Assembly: GCA_951406725.2 (NCBI GenBank) | Contig: OX597828.1 | Location: 3,720,001-3,784,000 of the forward strand | From: Octopus vulgaris | Lineage: Eukaryota | DNA length: 64,000 nt | Direction of reading: 5' to 3' | Shown: positions 1-14,794 of the stretch, in pieces | Numbering within the stretch: position 1 is the first letter of the stretch | Layout: every line of letters starts with the position of its first letter | The notes under the pieces: generated by a model | The model's input: only the letters and a program-made list of their open reading frames with translations | Told to the model about the DNA's origin: nothing | The model's database searches: none | Position numbers and translations under genes: made by a program

Positions 1-800
1 TCATACTTCTGCACCGTTCCTCAGTACATCGTAAGCTATGTACTATATTCCTAACCTTACACTTAACCTGTGGGTTCATCCCACAGGTTCTACAGATCAG
101 GGATTTTATGGGGGCATCAGTCCTTTCCACTACTTTAATCCATAGATTGGCCTTATCTAATGATTTTCTAAAAAGGTATGCTAACTACATCAACGAACAT
201 GACACTCTGGTATTTTTTGTTGTCACGCCATGAGTTAGCCTTATCTATTTTAATTCTGGCCCTTTTTGAGTTGTTCCAGGATTTACTGCTGTATATCAGG
301 CAGATCCCATTTGCATCATTCTGTATGATGGTTTTTGCACTTAAACCTGGCTCATTCGTACACTTTGGTTGTAGCCAGAGAACTGCATGCGGTGTATTAA
401 GTGTTATATGTGTCTTTCCAATTCCATATGTTCGAATATGCGAGACACTTTCCTTAATCCCTCTCACCAAGTCTGCTATAAGAATATTGAACTTGGCGTT
501 CTCTACAATGGCTGTATTCGTGTGGACAAGGTATTTTGAGGCCCAGATTTGGCATAATGGGAGTGAAGGATGTGGAACTTATTGTTCTTGGTTTATAACC
601 AGAGTTCCGTGTCTAAAACTGGTAGCCTATAGTTTGGGTGCTTGTTAGGGTAGTTTGTCGTTATTTTGATACTCTGGTGGATGGAATTAGCTATTTGCTG
701 GATGCTCTCCATAGTGTAGGCTTCTAGATCATCAACATTGTCTTGTAGGGCTGCATTTGCTACTATGTTGGTATCATCCACTTAGCGATAGCACATGTTT
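1..800 (-). mobile_element. Penelope-like retroelement fragment (Naiad-type RT C-terminal half and start of GIY-YIG region), pseudogenised, runs off the window start
   Basis: Minus-strand translation across frameshifts gives CYR*VDDTN (YVDD with Y>stop), SIKITTNYPNKHPNYRLPVLDTELW, ILHSHYAK..KYLVHTNTAIVENAKFNILIADLVR, YQSVMFVD, LWIKVVERTDAPIKSL and CRTC..KCKVRNIVHSLRC (Cys linker before GIY-YIG). Confidence 0.8.
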
Positions 801-943
801 AGGGTTCTGGAATTCTCTGCTAATCATCTCTTTGACTGCGTCTGTTGTCGTTATTGATGGCGATAGCGGTGGTGGTTGTGTTTCTATGTGTATTTTTGTC
901 AGTAATGTTTGTGTTGGTTTGCGTGTTACCATCTCCAATATTA

Positions 944-994
<51 letters not shown>

Positions 995-1363
995 ATAGTT
1001 AGTTATATATATATATACACTCGCACATACACACACCTGAAGACGTGCAGCTACACACCCATTGTTGAATCACATTAATGCAATAATATGTATAAGATAT
1101 GAAACACTCAATGATTAATAACTGTCATTCGTGCACAAAAACAGTTGTAGTGATTTGGACTGAAGCCTGTACATTCCATGTGCTCGTATAAAAATTATTT
1201 TTTATGAATGCTGCGGGTATTAACATATTTCCATGTGTATCCAGTAAAATAAGATTTTCTGCTGTAGGATAGCATATGGTAGCTGAATCCAGTAGAAGAG
1301 CTTTGGAAAGAACGATTTGTTATTACTCTGATGATATACACACACAGGCGCGTGCGCGCGCAC

Positions 1364-1394
<31 letters not shown>

Positions 1395-2361
1395 GACGCA
1401 CGCACACATAGGAGTCATTCAAAATATTTATGTCAGAGAGTAACCTTATTAACTGTAGGCATGAATTAGCGACACGCTGTAAGCATTTTAAAAATAAATC
1501 CCTCGGCAGGTTCTGTAAATAACTTTAACACCATTGAAGGAGGTATAGCTCAGGATAGGTATGATGCCTTGAGATAAATGAGAATTACCTAATTTTTTAC
1601 AAATATGTATCTGGTACATTTTATTTCGTTAAATTTTAAAATCTTTAAATTTTTAAAATTTATTTTATTATATTTATGTTTTTTATATCTATTTAAAAAA
1701 ATATTTTTTGTGTTTTTACTTTTCATTTATATTTTTATTTCATTATTACTAGTTTTTAATTACCTTTTTATTGTTGTTTTATTATATCTCGTTATTATTT
1801 TTTAATTACTTTTTATTGTCTTTTATTATTTCCTCATTATCATTATTTTATCATTATTTTATTGTTATTTTATTAGTATTATTATTATTGGTGTTGTTAT
1901 TGTTGTCGTCGTCGTCGTCGTCATCATCATCATCATCATCATCATCATCCCCATCATCATTATCATTACTGTTTTAGTATTACCTATTATTTCTTAAAAT
2001 TATTTAAACTCGTAATTTTTTTAATGTTTGTTTTAATGCTAAATTTAAACACTTTTTACTCTAGTTCAAATTTTAATCCTTAATCAGTTTAATGGTTTAA
2101 AAACTAAAATTTCTTTTAAAACTCTTTTAATGAGTTTAATTTGAAATTATATCTGGCCTCCAATGTTATTTGATTTTAAACAACTCAACTAGACTTTATC
2201 TCATTTCAAGCTCACGTTTCTCAATGTATCAGTAATTCATATTCTAGCCAGCCAGAGCTTTCTCAACCTCTGCATCACAATAAGATTACTGATGAGTTTC
2301 ATTAATTTTCTACACTATAAAATTGTGGGGATTTCCAACCTTGGACCCTGCCATAAAAGTA

Positions 2362-3575
2362 CGAGGGCGTGCCCAAAAGAAACCGGAATTTCGCAATATC
2401 ATTCTATTCACTTACCTTTACATGTTTACACTTTTATCGCCTTCAAAGTATTCTCCATTTGAGGCAATGCACCGGTCTAGACGCGTTTTCCATTGTTCGA
2501 AGCAGTCCTGGAACTCTTGCGAAGTGATGCCTTTTAACGCCTCTGTCTTTATTTTTCTTAACCTCTTCCACATTTTCAAAATGTCTTCCATTAAAGACTT
2601 TTTCTATTCGGGGATGGAGGTAGAGGTGGGGGACAAAAAAACAGTCGGTGGGTAAGCGGATTCAAAAACTGTCTCACACTCAAGGCGGCGTGCGCAGGAG
2701 CATTGTCGTGATGAAACCACCACTCTTCACTTTGTCACAGGCCACCACGTTCGCAACTACTGCCGAGTAAAATGTCTGGCTAACAGTATGACCAAGTGGA
2801 GCAAATCCTGTGCGGACAATTCCTTTCACAGCGATGAAACAAGACAGTATCATCTTCACGCTTTTTGGGGGTGTGGTGACATTGAATGCTTCCATTGAAT
2901 TGATTGCTGCACCGTTTCCGGATCGTAGCCATAGCCCCAGCTTTCGTCACCAGTGATGACCTTCCAAAAAAAGGGCCGGATCAATTCCAACTGTTCTTTC
3001 AGTTCACAACCCGCATTCAGTCGTGACTGTTTTGATCTTCCGTGAGCAAGCGAGACACACATTCTGCTTCAATTCTCTTCATTCACAATTCCTCGCTCAA
3101 AAGTCTTTGGCAGGAGCTTCATAGCACAACAGTCATATCAGCAAGTTCGTCAATTGCTCGGCGACAGTCCTTCAAGGTCAGTTCACGAATTTTCGTGATG
3201 CTTTCATTCGTTCGGGAGGTCGACGGTCACCCTGAACGAAGTTGCTTTTCAAAGGACAAGTGACCATTCCTACCACTCGTTATCTTATGTTCTGCTCATG
3301 GCAGCGTCCTTGTAATCTGTTTGAATCATGACAACTTTCTTAGATGCCAGCAGAAAGCAGAATTTCACGGAAGCACGCTGTTCCTTCGTTTCAGTCATCG
3401 CAAAAATCGACAAACAAGGGAGGAGCCTGTAAAACAAAGACGTATCACGTGGTAGTACGACTCTAATCGACGAAGTCTGAGGTTCGCATCAAATGGCTAC
3501 TTGCAGCGGACGCCTGAAATATATCCAGCTTGTCCCACAGAGAATATTTCCGGTTACTTTTGGGTACCCCTGCGT
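2362..3575 (-). mobile_element. mariner (DD34D) transposon, decayed, irritans-like TIRs
   Basis: The left end TA-CGAGGGCGTGCCCAAAAGAAACCGGAAT and the right end ATTTCCGGTTACTTTTGGGTACCCCTGCG are inverted repeats. Minus-strand peptides KVITGDESWGYGYDPETVQQSIQWK and HHDNAPAHAAL. Confidence 0.9.
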
Positions 3576-3744
3576 GCTTGAAGTTCTCCACTAATCTAAA
3601 AAATACTGTTAATCCGCTGTGTCAAGAGAGAGGTTATGAAGTATTTTACACCGATTGATAAACCTGCACTATTAGTCATGTTTTATATACATATACATAC
3701 ATACAAACATAAATGCATTCATACATGCCTGCATACATACGCGC

Positions 3745-3794
<50 letters not shown>

Positions 3795-3855
3795 GTATGT
3801 ATATCTATCTGTCTATCTATCTATGTATCTATTTATCTCTCTACATAATTTATTA

Positions 3856-4011
3856 TTATTAAAGCTTCAAAGCATCACTAAAATATCACAAAAAACTCCT
3901 ACTCAGAGTTTTACGTTCCAGTTCGTTGGACAGTTTCAATCTAAACTCTCCGATGAACTCTGAGTATCAACATTTTGGGGTATTTTTGTGATGATTTTGG
4001 AGCTTTAATAA
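3856..4011. repeat. Fold-back (palindromic) element with degenerate hammerhead-like motifs, probable Penelope pLTR derivative
   Basis: Inverted arms TTATTAAAGCTTCAAAGCATCAC...TACTCAGAGTT and AACTCTGAGTA...GTGATGATTTTGGAGCTTTAATAA. Remnants of CCGATGA and AAACTCTGAGTA are present. Microsatellites lie on both sides. Confidence 0.55.
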
Positions 4012-4084
4012 AGCAAATTACTCTGCCTCAGTTATTCGAGTACTATTTTTCCTCACCTTGTTTCATATTTATGAGCTAACTTTG

Positions 4085-4208
<124 letters not shown>

Positions 4209-4856
4209 TCTCGTACGCACGTCGCATAACGCCAAGAGGTATTTCAAAATTTGAAATACACAACATTCGAGAGATGGAGGAATGTAAGTGCACAGTAACT
4301 CGATCTTCGAGAAGTAGCACAACAATTTCATATAAAGTACTTCTCACCTCTTTCATAATGGATTATACAGTCTCAATACACGGGAAGACCAAAATGCTTA
4401 TGAAGAAACGATACTAATGACATATTTTGTTGGTTACAAGCCAGTACAATATACGTGTAACCAATAATTTTCTTTATTGCTTTAATTTTGCTGGAACTAT
4501 TACTGAGTTAAATCTGAAACAAGTATGCCCTAGATCAAAGAACCAAGGGAAGCAACCACCGGAGATTATTTTTTGCCAGATTGTATATATGTACATACCG
4601 TCAATTGTATGGCAATAATTGCAATTGACTACAATAGTAAAGAGTAAACCGATTATATCTAGTGTTTGTGTGTATGAATTAATGAAACTATATATTAAGT
4701 GTAGGTTCTGCTTTTCTTCTTTGTACTTCATAAAACTAAGTGAGCAGCGGACAATTTTATAAATCTTAGTTCCAAAGCCCTTTACGCTCCTGATTGTATT
4801 CTGCCCCTAAAACTACATCTTAGGAAAGTTTGGCTGATGTTTTTGTTCATTTACAC

Positions 4857-5108
4857 CGGTGGTTCCCAACCATCTTTTACCTGTTGACACAAGTGGTTCC
4901 TATTTCACTCTAATGAACTCTAAAATTCAATGTTTAAAAAAAGTCCCATTATATTTTTTTATAATTAAATATTATTGGTAACTATTAAAAAATTGTTGAA
5001 ATATTTTCTGATTTGCAGAATTATAACCGATTAGTTGTACATAAATTTTAACAGTAAAATCTTATGTGGAGCCCTAAGAATCATGGGGACCCCGGTTGAG
5101 AACCATTG
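4857..5108. mobile_element. hAT (Charlie/MER5-type) MITE
   Basis: TIRs CGGTGGTTCCCAACC and GGTTGAGAACCATTG match the CAGTGGTTCYCAACC type. Flanks ATTTACAC and ATTTATTA(CAC) resemble an 8-bp TSD. Confidence 0.75.
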
Positions 5109-5511
5109 ATTTATTACACAATTAGAATATTATCTGAAATAATACTAGAGTGCATATTAGTAAAAGTGCCAGATCATAAGTACCTCAGACTAAAGTACGT
5201 GGGGGGGGGCGCTTTCTGTTTGTATCCTGTGTTTCAGTGTCAAGTATATACTTAACAGTGGTTTGTGCCATTTCCTTTATGTCTTACACATTGTTTAGAT
5301 ATACACTTACATACACATATTCACACATACAAGCATTCACAAATTACAAAAACACGTACATAAGCTGTGCAAAAGAACGCATACCACTCAACAAAACTAT
5401 ACATGTACATTCAGATGAAAACGCGCCTATAAATTCATAGAGACTAATACCAACACGGTGAATTAATCTGTTTTACAGATTAGTCCCTATAATGATAAAC
5501 ACGAAGAATCG

Positions 5512-5590
<79 letters not shown>

Positions 5591-5901
5591 CCACACGAGA
5601 AGATGATATTAAATCATGAATTCTCCAGATTTAACGTGCTATGAAGAGAACAGGCTTACTCTCTGCAGATACCAGAACAGTCGTAGACTCGTGTCTCTGA
5701 CTGAATAACTGGCATGAGCCTGACATTTTTCGAACATTGTTATGAGAAATACCCCAGCCAAATTTTCCCAAGATGCATTTTTAGGTCCAGAATACAATCA
5801 GGAGCATAATTCTCTTTTGAACTCAGATTTATGAAACTTTCACCTGCTCATTTAGTGGCATGTATTTGAATACGGATGCTTTGCGTTCTTGTCCCATTTT
5901 G

Positions 5902-5950
<49 letters not shown>

Positions 5951-6117
5951 TTTGATTTTCACTCTCGATGAATTTATCCCTTTTTTGTGTCCCTAGCACT
6001 TGGCATCCTTATTTAGGAGCCCTTAATTATATTTCTATATGAATAATATTTTGTCTAGTGACTAATTCGTCTTTTGTGCTGGGCCACTGGTAGTAATCTA
6101 TGTTATTACCCTTTTTT

Positions 6118-6173
<56 letters not shown>

Positions 6174-6174
<1 letters not shown>

Positions 6175-6330
6175 GAGGCGCAATGGCCCAGTGGTTAGGG
6201 CAGCGGACTCGTGGTAGTAGGATCGCAGTTTCGATTCCCAGACCAGGCATTGTGAGTGTTTATTGAGCGAAAACACCTAAAAGCTCCACGAGGCTCCGGC
6301 AGGGGGTCGTGATCCCGGTTGTTCTCTTAT
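6174..6330 (+). mobile_element. tRNA-derived SINE, 5' part
   Basis: A-box TGGCCCAGTGG (6184-6194) and B-box GTTTCGATTCC (6228-6238), followed by a non-tRNA body. It sits next to (TG)n. Confidence 0.8.
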
Positions 6331-6504
6331 ACACATATATATGTGTGTAGGGTACCATTGGATTTCATCAGTCAACATAGTGTCTATGTTGACTTATGAA
6401 GATTTACAACATACTTTCTCAGTGAAACTCAATATACCAAATGTACATTTTCGGATTTTTCATAATTTCATAATGTGATGTAATTCTTTGGTATAGCCAT
6501 TGCA

Positions 6505-6598
6505 TGCGGCTGAAGAGAGCTTTAAACTATCTGTTATGTCGATTACACATTGATGTAAGAATATGGTGTTTTATAAAGCTTGAAACACGTGTACCGCG
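6505..6598 (+). ncRNA. Type-I minimal hammerhead ribozyme (Penelope pLTR type)
   Basis: Stem I GCGG(6506-9)/CCGC(6594-7), core CUGAAGA (6510-16), stem II GAGCUUUA/UAAAGCUU, GAAA (6582-5), palindromic stem III ACACGUGU, and cleavage triplet GUA (after 6593). Confidence 0.75.
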
Positions 6599-6629
6599 AC
6601 ATCCTTTGTGTTCTGTTTTTTATTTCATT

Positions 6630-6683
<54 letters not shown>

Positions 6684-7014
6684 GGCGTGCTTTGGTCTCT
6701 TTTATGTAACTATACATTTTTCAAAATCTTGTACGACTCAATTTCAGTCGATCAGCCATTTCACGCTCATTCGTTCATTCCACTCTTCGTTCATTTATTC
6801 CCCCTCTCTCACATTTCTTTGCCTTCTCTTCTCTCTTCTTGCTAACTTTCCCTCCACTTTTTACTGTACTGTGTCCCTGTCATTTTTTCTCTCCCTTCCT
6901 TAATTCTTCTTCCCTCTGCCACTACCTGTCTCTCTTCTCTTCCCACGTGACTGGCGTGGTCTTTCTTTCTTGGTCTGGCTGTTGTCCGTGCAACATCGAT
7001 ATTCCTCGATTTAA

Positions 7015-7074
<60 letters not shown>

Positions 7075-7254
7075 AGAGATAGGTTTCAAAGAAAAAACTA
7101 TACGTGGTATAAATAGGGGAAATGTAAAAAGAAAACAGAAAATGCACATTGGATGTAAAAAATAAAGGCGTTTTAAAAGTAAAGATATATACATACAATT
7201 AGATTATTTGAGGTGGAAATATGAAGTATAAAAATCATTATTATGAATCATTAT

Positions 7255-8625
7255 AGAGATTCAAAGGGAAACCCACCGTTCGATCAATTTCTTCGATATC
7301 TTACGCAAAACATTTTTAAAATATGCGAAATACTTCACCAGGTATGATTTAGACATGTTTAAACCAGCTCTCGAAAACAATAAATGAAGAGACGCATTTA
7401 GTATCATTCGATGTGGTGACCTTTTACACGAATATCCCACACGAATATGGTACAGAAGCAATCACCTCTGGCTAGAAAAAATACTCAAAAGAGATTATAG
7501 GATGCATCAACCACATCTTCATAATTGCAACACTGAAATTTATCCTACTGAACAACTATTTCATGTTCGATAGAGTTTACTATCGACGATAATGTAGAAT
7601 TGCAATTGGAACTCGAACTGCACCAGTGATTGCGAACCTTGTAATGGGTTATCTAGAACATGAAATATACCAGTCATCACTACAAAAATATGGTACTCAT
7701 TTAATTGCTATTTAAGGGAGAACTGGAAGAGGTACTTAGATGATTGCTTTATACTTTGGAACGATAGCATGGACAAACTCCTCGATTTCAAAATAATGCT
7801 CAACAATATCACTAGCAACATACAATTCACCATGGGACACAACAATAAACAACTTCCTTTTCTTGACATCCTAATTAAAATGGTTAATCACCACATCGAA
7901 ACGGGCATCTATAAATCCACAAATTCAAAACAATACATATTATTCAACTCATGCCACCCCAAACACATAAAAATTAATATACCTTATAATCTAGCGAAAA
8001 GAATCTGTACCATAGTTTCGAATACCAATACTCGTGAACGAAGACTCTTTGAACTTAAATCAACACTAATCAGGAGACATTACCCAACATCAATAATAAA
8101 TGATGGGATTAAACGAGAGAAGGAAATAGACATAAAAACTTTAAGGGAAGTTAACCGAAATACTACACCAGATCTAAAAATACTCCCATACATCTCCACA
8201 CACAACCCTAGAAACAATGAGGCCTTCAACTTCATCATCCAAAATCTATCCATTCTCACTGGAGATAAAGCAATGAACAAAATTTTAAGCTTACACAAAA
8301 TTATCAAAAGCAAAATGCAACCCAAATCATTGAAAAAAATATTAATCAGCGCAAGACTACATCCATTAAAAAGTGGAAAAATGCGGGCGGCCTAACTGTG
8401 GCACATGCCCCCACCTCTTGGAGGGTAGAGAGTTTCACTTCAAACAAGGCGTAATATTTAAGATAAAATACATTTTCCCCTGTGCCTCTGAAAATTTAAT
8501 CTATGCTTAGGGTGCGGAAATCAATATATAGGCCAAACAGGAATGTCACTCAGACGAAGAACAACTCTTCACAAAGAAGAAATACGCTACCCACAATATA
8601 GAAATATACAGGTCAGCGTATATAT
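7255..8625 (+). mobile_element. Penelope-like retroelement (Neptune-type) RT + GIY-YIG endonuclease, pseudogenised
   Basis: Motifs LVSFDVVT.YTNIPH, IAIGTRTAPVIANLVMG, WKRYLDDCF, IQFTM..LPFLDILI and FNSCHPKHIK, then Zn-knuckle KCGRPNCGTC and CASENLIYA..GCGNQYIGQTG. Several stops and frameshifts. Confidence 0.93.
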
Positions 8626-9096
8626 CTTTACTTTTCTTAAAAAAGCATTTATGCAAACATACATATATGTATGTGTATATACATGCATACATACATACAT
8701 ATATACATATATATATATATGTATGTATATATGTATATTCCTCATATTCCTATACCACACTCCACATACCACCACTCTATCTCTCATGCACGTACACACT
8801 CGCGCACACACATGCACGCACGCACTCACATGCACGCACGCACATGCATGAACCATCCTCCACACAAATACATATGCACACAGGCACACACACACACTAC
8901 ACACACATACATCCACACACACACACACACATACCAACTATTCTTCACACTCTCTTGTCCCAGAAAGCACTTCTTTCTACATCTACTTCCGGTAATTTCA
9001 AGAATAACGATACGTGGACTGTTGGCAATGTCCCCCTTCCTTCCTTTTCTTTTGGAATTTCCTATGTCCCCAAATACAAATACATTACGTACCCTG

Positions 9097-9134
<38 letters not shown>

Positions 9135-10799
9135 TATATACATATATATACATGCATATACATATATATATATATATATATCCATATATTTGTACACATT
9201 CAAGCATATACTCACATACACACACACACATATGCGTGTGTGCGGTGGGTGGATGTGAGTATATATGTTCGTAAATGATGGCGTTGAGGTACCATCTTAA
9301 ACTCCATTTTAAATTTCTAATATATTTTAGTTTTGTTCACGACCTAAAACAGACCTTATGACCATTTTTACTTTACAAAAGGTGCGCTTTTGAAACTTAT
9401 AAATTCAGATATACCAGCCATTTGTTATTTTCTTCATTTGAAGTTTCTAGATTTAGATTCAGTTATTCCTACATACTTAACTATTTCTTCCAAAAGGCAA
9501 TTTTAAAACGTCTACAATACTCCAACCATAAAGCTCTAGATTTTTGCCGGGACACTTTCATAACCGAAAACCCTGAACATCGTTATTCGCATGTTCAAAA
9601 TTATTGCTTTCTTATCACGTTTTAGAAATTTTCTAATCACGCTTTAGAAATTTCAGACTGGCTTAATTTTTTGCCTTCACTTATCTCATGAATGTTACAT
9701 CATGTTTTTGTAACATACATGTTGTCTCCTTTCTCGTTCATATGATATTAATCCATAGACGACGCAATGCAACCATAATATATTACATGTGCTATCCGCA
9801 AAATACATTATTATGGTTTCGATTTGATGGATTTAAATTGTTTAACTGGTTGGTTATCCTTTAATATTTATGAAGGTAAATTAAACCAAATCGCATTTAT
9901 TCAATATTCCTGTCATTCTTCTAGAGTATACGACATTCTCGAAATCCCATTTCTTAATTCGTTTTTACTTTCTCTATTCTTTCCTTTTGTGAAGCCAATT
10001 TCAACCTCCAGAAGTTCAATTTCATAACTCGGCACATCACTTAACGCCATATTAAAATAGACAACAACTGACAAATTACCTGTGGGAAAGTAAATGAAAA
10101 TTAGCTGAACTGAAAACACCTACTCACCCTCACTAAATTCCTCTCATCCCTACATGCAAAACAGATGTGGTGGGTGGGAGACAGACGTGTCTGATAATCG
10201 GTTTTCTACTGAGACTTTCCGTTCTAGGCAATAACTAATGTAATTTCGAGGTTCCTCTGTCTGCTGATGTGTATCGCGTGTTGCTCAACGAACATATATT
10301 GGTTTTCCCAGTGGTATACCTGTCACTCTTATACTCCCTTGATAATCAGATAATTAAGTGGTCACCTGACACAAGATGCCGACAAACGCCAAAAGAGTGA
10401 CGCAGAGATCGACTTGATGCCAAATTCCCAAGCGAAGTTTCCTTTTACACTAGTCTTTCCTTCGTTATTTGTAATTTTTCATACTTTGCAAAACCTATCT
10501 CTCTCTATTTCAGTTTTTTTTCTTTTTATCAATTTATACATTCGGTCTATCCTCCTTCTATTTTCGTGAATTTCTCTCTTTTCTTCAGTTGCAACATATT
10601 TTCTTGATATGTTCATTTATACTAAAATTTGTAAATCCATATTGTTTTCTTACATTTCTTTTCCTTGTTTCCAATTCTTCCATTGCGTTTTTCCTTCGAA
10701 ATACGTATTTCATTAATCATTTACTCTTTATTCTTGTCTTTTACCGTCACATTTTCTCATCTCACACATTCGCATATAATCACCTACTCACTCACCCCC

Positions 10800-10870
<71 letters not shown>

Positions 10871-10907
10871 TATGTATATATGCATGTATATATTGTGGAT
10901 CTCTCTC

Positions 10908-10968
<61 letters not shown>

Positions 10969-11839
10969 GGATACACACACACACGTATATATAATTCGTT
11001 TGATTTATAAATTCCATCTACACTTTCTCATGTGTGTAATAAATATTACATTCTTCTAGTTCCTGCACTTCTGTTCTAGCCTGCATCTAGCCCTATTCAT
11101 ATTTTCTATTTCTATTTTAAATATACAATTCCATGCATAACTAATCTCAGCGAATATCCCTTACGTCTTCCTTCATGATTTCCAAGGAGATGTGTTACTG
11201 CTTCCTTCTGTAATTTGTAGCCTGTTATATTTCGCGTGAAGCATTATTTTAAATCAACTTTATCAATATTGTGACCTTCACAAATTTTAATTTTATTATT
11301 GCACTTACTGACTGCATTTTCTACTCTTCCGCGTTTTTAACAACCACTTTGTTATCATTTTCACCTCCCAGCATAATATAATTACTTGCACTTTCCTACG
11401 ATAGAATAGCATACTCATTTCGAATTTTAAATTTCACCCTTTTAATTTTTGCCTATTGTCTGTCAATATATGCACAACACTGTACACAACGCATATGCAC
11501 TCACAGAGATGCATGAATAACACAACAATCATATCTACACTTACATGTAACTTCTTTATATGAATGAAAATAGAGTACAGAATGCATAAGTTGCGTGGGA
11601 TATATTCATAAACACAGACGTAGGTATATACGTATGGGCTTATAAATTGGTAAAACCATTTTATTACACATAGATTGTAACTCTGAGTTTGATGCTTTAC
11701 TATTATTTTCTAATTCTTCTTGAAAGATATATTTTAATTTTCGAAATATGTCTGCCTACTCAGATTTTGCTCGTGGCTCTGCACAACTCTGGTTTATGAA
11801 TAGCCAATGGTGTAAACTCCGAATAGATTGTGAAACTAA

Positions 11840-12812
<973 letters not shown>

Positions 12813-12955
12813 ATAAATATATTTATCAATGATATACTCAATTTCAAAGAATTTTAACAATGTCATTCTTAATCTTTTAGTTATATTTCCCTTTTTTATT
12901 CTTTATGTTACCTAGTTTATTTCTGTTTATCACTTGTCTTCTCTCTAATCTCTAT

Positions 12956-13005
<50 letters not shown>

Positions 13006-14207
13006 CTATCTATTTATCTGTTTCCCTATCTATGTATCTATCTATCTATCTATTTCTTCATTTTGTCCAACGCCCTTTCCGTTATTTTCGTCACTTTCTC
13101 TCACAATTTACTCTCTCACTCAAGTCTATTCAATTCTTTGTTAACAACCCAATGAAACACGTGTATTATTTGATAGCCCTTTTTCAGTTTCTCTTATTGT
13201 AGGTTATTGTCTATCTTCCTTTGCTTCCTCATCAAATTATCATAAATCTATATAATATTTTTCGCTCTCTCATATATTGCTTTCTTTTCATATTTTCATC
13301 CAGCATATCTCCTTTGATGCTTTTAATTTGCTACGTCCTTCATACACGATCACTAACACATACATTGCACACATACAGAGCCAAATAATCTCTTTAACAT
13401 TGCGGCATACAGACATAGCAACGCATTCATATGCATTTTGTTCCACCTCTCACCCTCATTTTTTATCATTCTACCTGTACGAGTATGTGCATATTCCTCT
13501 TCTTTTTCTCTCTATGCACCCTATCTTATTTATTCTTTCTCTCTCTTTTTTTTTATTTCACCTGATATCTCTCCATTCTATTCGAGACTTCTTTGATGTA
13601 TTCATGTATATTTTCTTGTTTCATCGTGAACACATCGTCTTTACCACATTATTCGAAGATTCATTCTCCACTATAGAATGTATTCGAATTTTTATTAAAT
13701 GAAAATCATAAAAGAAAAAAAAAACTTTTCAGAATGCTCAAAAAACATCTACAAAAAAAAACGGATTAATTTAGAAAAATACAAACCAAAAATAAATATA
13801 TTAAAAAAATAGTATAATAATAACATAAAAAGGAATATGTGAAATAGAAGAATATTTAGAGCAAAACATCAAGAAACCAGAATATTCTTTGGCGAAATGG
13901 TTATGGACGGATAGTAAAGGAAAGATGCGAAGTGAAATACAAAAATATCTGTATGATCTAAAGCGAAACTGGATATACTAAATAGTTTTGAATTGTGTAT
14001 TGTGGTAGCTATATTGGATAAAGTCACATAATCCTGTAATCTCACTAACATAAAATCTGGAAATACGCATGCGTTTATTTTCTTCCAAACAAGCAAAATA
14101 TCTAATTGAAAAATCGATGAAAGAAAACAAATCTAAATAAATGCAAACACATGCACATACACGAACACAAGCCTATACATACATACATACATACATACAT
14201 ACATACA

Positions 14208-14240
<33 letters not shown>

Positions 14241-14794
14241 GTACACATACATGCATACATAAATACATACGTACATGCATACATATATGTACACATACAT
14301 ACATACATACATACATACACATATATGGTAAATATGTCTTTGCGTGTGTGTATGTTCGTGTATGTATTTGTCTGTATGTATGTGTGTATGTGTGTATGTA
14401 TGTATACCGATGTATGTAAAATAAAAAGATGGTTATTTTACAATAGCATAAAGTGAAATAAGTTAAGAATTTATTAGCGCTAGACAGAGAGCAATAATAT
14501 TATTTATTCCAACTTTTGTTTGTATGAACCGCTAATTTCAGCCACTGTTTTTGTCTTTAAGGCGACTAGACTAAGGTTCTTGCAGCCTCCGATTGAACTC
14601 ATCATCTTTATCTGCTTAGGTACCTCTGAAATCATCATGTTGGGAATAAATTGTCATTCAAGTAGGATTAAACAGTGTTTAAGAAAAAGTCTAAAACAAA
14701 ATATATCTGAAAATATCTAAAATTTCCTCATTGTCTTTTTCTTATAGAAACGGTCTTGATGAAGTCTATTGTGAGTCAATATACGTATGTATGT

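Noticed and set aside
178-648. 156-aa plus-strand ORF
   Set aside because: It is an antisense shadow of the Penelope-like RT.
2285-2320. CTGATGAG core (also at 57899)
   Set aside because: There is no paired stem II followed by GAAA.
6174-6250. tRNA gene
   Set aside because: A and B boxes are present, but the acceptor stem is not convincing and it continues into a SINE body.
8543-9278. Long ORFs rich in YI/HT/CV/LSIY (also near 12181, 23384, 48507, 56002 and elsewhere)
   Set aside because: They are read-throughs of (TA)n, (CA)n, (TATC)n and (CATA)n microsatellites, not genes.
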